A stretch of DNA of 60,621 bases, taken from positions 1-60,621 of the IMG/VR virus record IMGVR_UViG_3300029985_000047; one strand, 5' to 3'. A model generated the notes under the pieces. The model saw nothing but the letters and a program-made list of their open reading frames with translations. It had not been told where the DNA came from and ran no database searches. Source of the stretch: a virus (lineage: Duplodnaviria; Caudoviricetes). Position 1 is the stretch's first letter; each line of letters begins with the position of its first letter. Shown here one piece after another: positions 54,932 to 60,621 of the stretch. A program made the position numbers and the translations under genes.

Positions 54932-54960
54932 AAAAGCCCACGGTGTGATCCGTGGGCTTT
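54932..54960 (-). terminator. Terminator after the major capsid gene
   Basis: aaagcccacgg / ccgtgggcttt inverted repeat ending in a U run. Confidence 0.8.
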
Positions 54961-54967
54961 CTAGAGT

Positions 54968-56008
54968 TTAGATTCCGTCCTGATAAACTGCAGTTTGGGT
55001 GCGCTTGAAGATGACCTGCGAGATACAGCCCGCAAACATAGTTTCATAAGCCCCGCCTGCCCGTGTAGTTGGCACGGACAGTGCTTGCATCATAGGCTGT
55101 GGGACTTTGAGATACAAACTTTTCTTGGAGTTCTTATAGTACGTGCCACGATCAAGACCATTGCCCTGCTGACCGACTGGAGCAGTGTTGCCTACACCTT
55201 GGCCGCTGATCCACGGATTCGGCAAGAAGTTGATCTTGAACTGGACGCCGTGGTGCGCTGCAACACAGTTCTCTTCAATGTACTTGATGGTGCTCATGGT
55301 CACCGCAGAACCGCCGATGGTCATAGGCTGGGTCAAGTAAGCGAACTGAGTATAGGGGATAAGCAGACGATCGGCCATGCCCTCTTCGCTAGAGTAGCCG
55401 CTGTTCTGGACAGTCTGATTGAGCGCCGTATTGACGTCCGCCAGAATCTCCTGAGGTGACTTGCCAGACCAAGTGGTTTTGCCGCTTGCGCCCGCCGGAA
55501 CTGTGTACTCATACACATTGGGGTTGTTGATGAGACCGGGATCGCCCAGGAAACCGGCGTAGACAACAAAGTCAAGCGCCTTGCCCCAGTTGGCCTCGAC
55601 AGACTCCTCATAAAGCTCCTGCAAGCTAAACGGCGGAGCCTGCCCAGTGTGGAGAGCAGTCTCCATGCGGCGCAAGTCTACCCAGGTGATGGTCATGCCC
55701 ATCGCCCAGATATACGTTTTCCAGATGCCCTTCTGGATGTCAGCCTGTGCTTCGGGAATCTCCGTGTTGTTAGTTCCCTGGAGACCGAAGTACTGCGAGC
55801 CGGTGGTGGCGTAGTTGGAGGCAAACGCCGAGATGAACTCAGGGAAGCCGCCGCCTACTTCAACATGGATGTCACGCTTGTGCGTAACAGCCTGCAACGG
55901 ACGTACAAGGTCCGTGTCGATGATTTCCAGTTGGCTCTGAAGGAACGCCAGACCAGAAGCGCCTGCAGTGTCGAATGCCTGAGCGCGATTGCCGGATTTG
56001 CGAATCAT
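54968..56008 (-). CDS. Major capsid protein (DUF2184/encapsulin-like HK97 fold)
   Basis: FL.SQLE.ID, G..GLINNP, W..KSP.EIL.D.N and Y.DGI C-terminus. Confidence 0.92.
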   Translation of the reverse strand: MIRKSGNRAQAFDTAGASGLAFLQSQLEIIDTDLVRPLQAVTHKRDIHVEVGGGFPEFISAFASNYATTGSQYFGLQGTNNTEIPEAQADIQKGIWKTYIWAMGMTITWVDLRRMETALHTGQAPPFSLQELYEESVEANWGKALDFVVYAGFLGDPGLINNPNVYEYTVPAGASGKTTWSGKSPQEILADVNTALNQTVQNSGYSSEEGMADRLLIPYTQFAYLTQPMTIGGSAVTMSTIKYIEENCVAAHHGVQFKINFLPNPWISGQGVGNTAPVGQQGNGLDRGTYYKNSKKSLYLKVPQPMMQALSVPTTRAGGAYETMFAGCISQVIFKRTQTAVYQDGI

Positions 56009-56032
56009 GTAATCTCCTGTGGTCTAGGTTGC

Positions 56033-56845
56033 TTAGGCCGCGTTGCGGATCTTGATGGTGATTTCCAGAACGTTGTTGCTGTCCACGTAGCCGGTACGAG
56101 CGACCATGTTGGGCAGTGCAACCAAGTTACTGAAAGTGAGAGGTGAGGTGGCAGTGATAGCGGTGGTCAGGGCCTGACTCAGCACGATAGCGGTATAAGC
56201 GCCGGCCGTGCCCGTGCCGCTGACTACATACGTACCAGGCTGGACACCAGGACCACTAACGGGCTGGCCAACGAAGACATTAGTGCCGGTCAACGTGATG
56301 GCAGTAGCACCTGCAGCAGCCGCAGTAGCGCCCGTCAGAGTGAACAGGTCAGTCGCGGCCGGATTGGTCTCGTAGTCACCAATAGTACCAGCGGTGACGG
56401 CCGTGTTCAGTACAACACGAGTGTAGATCTGAGCGCCCGCATTCGGCGTGCCGACGGCAAGGTTGATAGTGCCCGAACCACGCTCCATAACCTCAGCGAT
56501 CTGCAAGTTGTTGTAGTTACCCAGCTGCTGAACACCAGGAGTGACAGCGTTGGGGTAGACAAGCTGAGTCTTGACCTCACGCACTGCCATGCCGGCGAAG
56601 TAAGCGGCGACGTTAGCGATGTTCGCAGTAGCAGCCGCAACGTAGTCAGCAACGGAAGTATAGACTCCGCCCTGTGCATTAGGAATCTGAACCGCTGGAT
56701 CACCAAAGTTCAGGACATTGGTGACGTTGGTCGGCATGAACTGACGCGCTACAATGACGCGCTCACCGAATCGAGAGACCGCGCCCGGGAACCCAATATT
56801 GGGGCCGGTTACGGGAATAGTCTGCCCAAAAGCATACTGGGTCAT
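56033..56845 (-). CDS. Capsid decoration/cement protein
   Basis: GFPG.VSR, FG.P.V and F.G.AVR.VK; lies between protease and capsid genes. Confidence 0.8.
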   Translation of the reverse strand: MTQYAFGQTIPVTGPNIGFPGAVSRFGERVIVARQFMPTNVTNVLNFGDPAVQIPNAQGGVYTSVADYVAAATANIANVAAYFAGMAVREVKTQLVYPNAVTPGVQQLGNYNNLQIAEVMERGSGTINLAVGTPNAGAQIYTRVVLNTAVTAGTIGDYETNPAATDLFTLTGATAAAAGATAITLTGTNVFVGQPVSGPGVQPGTYVVSGTGTAGAYTAIVLSQALTTAITATSPLTFSNLVALPNMVARTGYVDSNNVLEITIKIRNAA

Positions 56846-56847
56846 GG

Positions 56848-58404
56848 TTACTTATCTCCTTTGGCAGCGTTATCATAGAACGCTTGCAGTTTGGCAACGG
56901 CATCTGCACCGCTGTCGTTCGCCTTGCCAGTTTTAGAGTCATGCGCACGCGCGCTACCCGCAAACTTGCCATAGCTACCAGTACTAGCCTTGCTGCTACG
57001 CTTCACACTACCCAAGGCAGCGTTGAACGCATTGACCACGGCAGCGTCATTGCTGCGTGCAACGACAGGGCGCAGAAGCTTAAGCACGGCAGCAGCACCA
57101 TCCTTGGCATCACGCGCGCGGCCTTTCTTCTTGTCGTCAGCAGGCTCGAGCTCCTCCTCGCCAGACTCGACAACCTCCATACCAGGCTCGCCCTCGTCGT
57201 CCTCGGCCTCTTCCTCTTCTTCCTCAGAGTCGTCGGCTTCTTCCTCAGAGTCGTCGGCTTCTTCCTCTTCTTCAGGATCAAGCCCAAGGATATCGTCAAG
57301 CTTCTTTACTTCTGCGTCCTCAACTTCGACAGGCAGCTCTTCCTGCTTGGCGTGCGCGGGCTCTTCCTCTTCTTCAGAGAAAAACTCACTGAGCAGTGAC
57401 TTCAGCTCTTCGAGGTCAGTGTCGCGCCCACGCTTATCCTCTGCGTCGAGCTTACGATCAAGGGCGTCATGCATACGCTTACGATGGCTGTCCTCAACCT
57501 CTTCTTCCTCTTCTTCGGGCTCGACATCGCGGGACTTCTTCTTGTCCTTGCCGCGCTTCTTGTCGTCAGCCGGATTTACCTCGACTTCGCTGCCTTCATC
57601 AGGCCACTCATCGCGACTCTTTTTCTTATCGTCAGCCTCATCAGGTGGTGCGAGTTCTGCCAACTGTTCCGGCTGGATATCAGCGTCTTGCGCCGCCGCC
57701 CTCAGCCCGAGGCCCCAGATGTGCTTCCGTAGATTCTTCATCACGGGTTTGCTCTCCTTAGTGGTTAGTAATGCGCTAAGTTTAGATACCACAAGTCCGT
57801 TCCCGGACCTAGGCGGCGTGGCCGCAGGTTCGGACGGAGCAGCATCATTTATACGAGCCTCGTGGCCAGCTCTTCCACGTGGCACCACAGCTTCATGGTT
57901 GCCCCTGATACTGGCCATACAAATCTTTTTGCCGCGCGCTTTAAGCGCATAGTCATATCCTGCAGAAAGCTCCTCAACTTCTTTGCGCTTGACTTTTCCA
58001 AGCAGAGGCTCTGCAGTGATAATGACATCAGCAAGCAATGGCCATTCACCGTCGTCCAGAGGCTCATCACCTTTGCGCACATTTTGAATATGGCCACATG
58101 CATACTTTTTAAAATTCTCTGGGTTAATAAAATCGGGCGGATGCTCGTCTGTTACGGGTTTGCCCTCGAAGCTCGCAATGGTCGCAGGGTCGAACACATC
58201 ATCAGGATGCCGATAGATGTCGATGCTAGCGCTTGGGTTTGAAAGATCAACTCCCAAGTCTCCGGCAGCTTCTTGTGGAAGGTCCTTTACTTGATAGGAC
58301 TGGAAGCCGGTCCTAGCAATGACGCACCCGGGCACAATGAGAAACCCTTCCGGAGTCTCGCTGCGCCCTGCGCTGAGTCGGCTTGCGTAGTAGCCGCGCG
58401 CCAT
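56848..58404 (-). CDS. Prohead protease-scaffold (DUF2213-like)
   Basis: TPEGFL, IARTG, SFEGKPVTDEHP, ELSAGY and NHEAVV.RGRAG; acidic scaffold tail. Confidence 0.92.
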   Translation of the reverse strand: MARGYYASRLSAGRSETPEGFLIVPGCVIARTGFQSYQVKDLPQEAAGDLGVDLSNPSASIDIYRHPDDVFDPATIASFEGKPVTDEHPPDFINPENFKKYACGHIQNVRKGDEPLDDGEWPLLADVIITAEPLLGKVKRKEVEELSAGYDYALKARGKKICMASIRGNHEAVVPRGRAGHEARINDAAPSEPAATPPRSGNGLVVSKLSALLTTKESKPVMKNLRKHIWGLGLRAAAQDADIQPEQLAELAPPDEADDKKKSRDEWPDEGSEVEVNPADDKKRGKDKKKSRDVEPEEEEEEVEDSHRKRMHDALDRKLDAEDKRGRDTDLEELKSLLSEFFSEEEEEPAHAKQEELPVEVEDAEVKKLDDILGLDPEEEEEADDSEEEADDSEEEEEEAEDDEGEPGMEVVESGEEELEPADDKKKGRARDAKDGAAAVLKLLRPVVARSNDAAVVNAFNAALGSVKRSSKASTGSYGKFAGSARAHDSKTGKANDSGADAVAKLQAFYDNAAKGDK

Positions 58405-60621
58405 TTACTTGGCCTCACTGTGAAAGTGCTTAAGGAATGCTCCACGTATATGATCCGGCAATTTCATCCAGCTTTCGCCGGCCCAATTATGCGCTTGACC
58501 CGCCGTAATACCGTTTGCAATAAGAATCTTTTCTTGAGCAGCAAATGGCAAAGACGCCCATGCAGTGCTTGCGGCGCCATCCTTCGCCCTCTTGGTACCG
58601 GCGGGAATCACCTCAAACCCACTATCAGTAATCCGAACAGACTCGCCCGCCCGCGTCCGCTGCAAAGCAGAAGTCAGTGCTCTGTCAGCGGAGTCGAATG
58701 CCTGATGCTTGCCCTTAGATGGATGGTCGTACAGACCCTCGTGCCCGCCGACAAGGCGCCGCTGACACTCTACGATGCCATCTCTGGCGCTATCCTCACC
58801 TTGGTGGTTGCCAAGTCTACGGTAGCCAGTCGCAGCAGCGCGGTAGCTGTCTAGAGCACGCGCACGGTCGCCTGCAATCTCGTACTGGTTAGCACGAGCT
58901 AAGTGATCTTGCGGCTCAGAACCGGAAATTTGGGCGGAGTCCTTGGCCTTACCTTCCACAGCCTCTTTTGCAGCCGTTACAGATGGGTAGAGGCCTCCTG
59001 AAAGATGCGGCATGTAGCGAATCTCTCCACCCGCCGTCTTCACCTTCCAGATGCTCTCGCCCTTAGCCGTGCCTACTATCTCCAACCGTTCTGGACCGGC
59101 GTCCTTGGCCTTCTTCTTCTGCCGCTCTGCGTGTTCACGAGCATTTGCTTCACGCAGTTCTGCTCGCCGGCGCTCCCATTCTGCCTGGCGAAACTCTGGA
59201 GACTTGCCCGCTGCAAAACCAATCGGTACTTCGGAGTCTTTTGCTGGCTTTTTCTTTGGCGTACCAGCCGGCTCGATCTTTACACGGCCGCTGCCGGCAC
59301 AAGTTACACAAGTACTGCCTTTCGTACGTTCACCGGCACCACTACAAGTTGGGCACCAAGCATTGTCAGCATCCTTCCCCGGCACTGGAATAGGCTCCAT
59401 GTCAAGCGCCTTTGCTCTTGCGTCTCTCAGCTTCTTCAAGTCGTCGCCCTTTCCAAGTGCATAAGGTACAACCTTCTCGCCCATTTCTTTCATGGCAGAC
59501 TCATGCGCACGCAACCGGTTGCTCGACTCGCCAGGATTCTTTGCTTCAAGCTTGGCCTGATGCTTCTTGCGCAGGTCGAAGTACTTCTGCTCTTCGGCGC
59601 TGGACCATTTGTCGGTAGCTTTATGTAGCAGGCTTGTCTTGCCAACTTCCCAAGATTCAGTAGTAGACTTTAGCCTATCAGGAACGACAATAACTCTGCC
59701 GCCTTTTTGCTCCACTACTGTACCAGTCTCACCACTAGAGCGCTTAGCCGCCTCACCTTTGTAGAAAGGCCCATCATTGTCCTGACTCTTCGTAATACCA
59801 GTAGCATGCTTGGCAAGCGCCAGCTTCTTCTCGGCTGGTGTGGGGATGGGCTCCAAAGAGTCATCTTTTGCTTTGGCGGCTTTCCGCGCGGCATAGTACG
59901 CAGATTGCAGTTCCTCGTATTTATTACGCAATTTAGCTTCACGCTCAGGCGTGCTCGACTTACTACGCCGTGCGGACTCGTACGCAGCTAGAGCCTTGCC
60001 AGCCGCTCGTTTAGCTGTGTACTCTGCCTCGTCTATATCTACGTCTTTCCCCTCGCCCTTAACAGGGATGGGCTCAAGGTCGCTGTCTTTTGCTGGCGCA
60101 GGCGCTTGCCCCCCATTCTGCAGCATACTAGTCTGTGCCTTCCAAGCCTGGGCTTTCGTCGCACCTGGAAACTTCTTTACGTAGTTCTGATAGAAGCCGG
60201 CAAACATGTACGCGCCTTCTTCTGATGCATTCGCAAAGTTACAGGCCCACTCAAATGCAGGACGTTGTGCTGATGTGATTTTAAAAGCATCCTCGCCCCT
60301 CTTGCTGTAAGCAGGCGCTTGCCCCCCATTCTGCAGCATACTAGTCTGTGCCTTCCAAGCCTGGGCTTTCGTCGCACCTGGAAACTTCTTTACGTAGTTC
60401 TGATAGAAGCCGGCAAACATGTACGCGCCTTCTTCTGATGCATTCGCAAAGTTACAGGCCCACTCAAATGCAGGACGTTGTGCTGATGTGATTTTAAAAG
60501 CATCCTCGCCCCTCTTGCTGTAAGCAATCGCAACGGCTTGTTTCTCGGGCTTGCCTGCTTTGCGCTCAATGGCGATGTTCTTCTCAAGTGCAGCTCTGCT
60601 CTTACCAGGAACTAACGGCAT
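58405..60621 (-). CDS. Modular head-region protein, candidate protease-processed polyprotein
   Basis: MPL..GKS...NI..E...GKP.KQAVAIA N-terminus, then short modules separated by [AGS]xD motifs. Confidence 0.85.
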   Translation of the reverse strand: MPLVPGKSRAALEKNIAIERKAGKPEKQAVAIAYSKRGEDAFKITSAQRPAFEWACNFANASEEGAYMFAGFYQNYVKKFPGATKAQAWKAQTSMLQNGGQAPAYSKRGEDAFKITSAQRPAFEWACNFANASEEGAYMFAGFYQNYVKKFPGATKAQAWKAQTSMLQNGGQAPAPAKDSDLEPIPVKGEGKDVDIDEAEYTAKRAAGKALAAYESARRSKSSTPEREAKLRNKYEELQSAYYAARKAAKAKDDSLEPIPTPAEKKLALAKHATGITKSQDNDGPFYKGEAAKRSSGETGTVVEQKGGRVIVVPDRLKSTTESWEVGKTSLLHKATDKWSSAEEQKYFDLRKKHQAKLEAKNPGESSNRLRAHESAMKEMGEKVVPYALGKGDDLKKLRDARAKALDMEPIPVPGKDADNAWCPTCSGAGERTKGSTCVTCAGSGRVKIEPAGTPKKKPAKDSEVPIGFAAGKSPEFRQAEWERRRAELREANAREHAERQKKKAKDAGPERLEIVGTAKGESIWKVKTAGGEIRYMPHLSGGLYPSVTAAKEAVEGKAKDSAQISGSEPQDHLARANQYEIAGDRARALDSYRAAATGYRRLGNHQGEDSARDGIVECQRRLVGGHEGLYDHPSKGKHQAFDSADRALTSALQRTRAGESVRITDSGFEVIPAGTKRAKDGAASTAWASLPFAAQEKILIANGITAGQAHNWAGESWMKLPDHIRGAFLKHFHSEAK
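60098..60526. repeat. Perfect in-frame 213-bp tandem duplication
   Basis: 60098-60310 is identical to 60311-60523, with a gca microhomology at the junction. Confidence 0.95.

Noticed and set aside
56990-57952. Long antisense Ser-rich ORF, and similar shadow ORFs at 1000-1695, 41976-42749 and 46573-47277
   Set aside because: They mirror low-complexity or biased coding on the opposite strand and have no RBS or motifs.
1-60621. Window as a complete circular genome
   Set aside because: No terminase, portal or primase was recognised and there is no terminal repeat; both ends appear to cut through operons.
1-60621. Stop-codon reassignment, suggested by frequent TAG/CTAG
   Set aside because: Long ORFs are intact under the standard code and TAG ends many genes at sensible positions.
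1-60621. Host assignment
   Set aside because: Signal peptides and the lysis genes hint at a diderm host, but nothing in the sequence identifies a taxon.

Overview
Part of a tailed dsDNA phage genome (contractile-tailed myovirus) in two convergent arms that meet at a 20-bp-stem terminator near 31.45 kb. The + strand arm (1-31.3 kb) carries accessory and replication genes: RtcB RNA ligase, a PRPP-synthetase-like + HAD + Nampt-like trio (NARP1-type NAD+ rebuilding), two J-domain genes, ATP-dependent ligase, family A DNA polymerase, a frameshifted GIY-YIG gene, Cas4-like and VRR nucleases, SNF2 helicase, a DenV-like glycosylase, a CAT-anticodon tRNA, a histone H1-like protein, and ThyX, dCMP deaminase, MT-A70 and MazG-like genes. 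The - strand arm (31.5-60.6 kb) carries lysis, fibre, baseplate, tail, neck and head genes of the DUF2213/DUF2184/DUF3383 type. I recognised no terminase, portal or primase, so the window is a partial genome. Best candidates for undescribed biology: (1) a 738-aa head-region protein built as a chain of small modules separated by about 17 [A/G/S]-x-D motifs that also occur in the scaffold and capsid leader, suggesting a capsid-packaged, protease-processed polyprotein; (2) four tail-module fibre/spike genes with Sec signal peptides and Cys pairs, sharing an N-terminal I-x4/5-QI peptide, plus one small beta domain found in three different virion proteins that could be their docking site; (3) a structured RNA downstream of the capsid terminator. 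All family assignments come from motif recognition by eye, not database searches.
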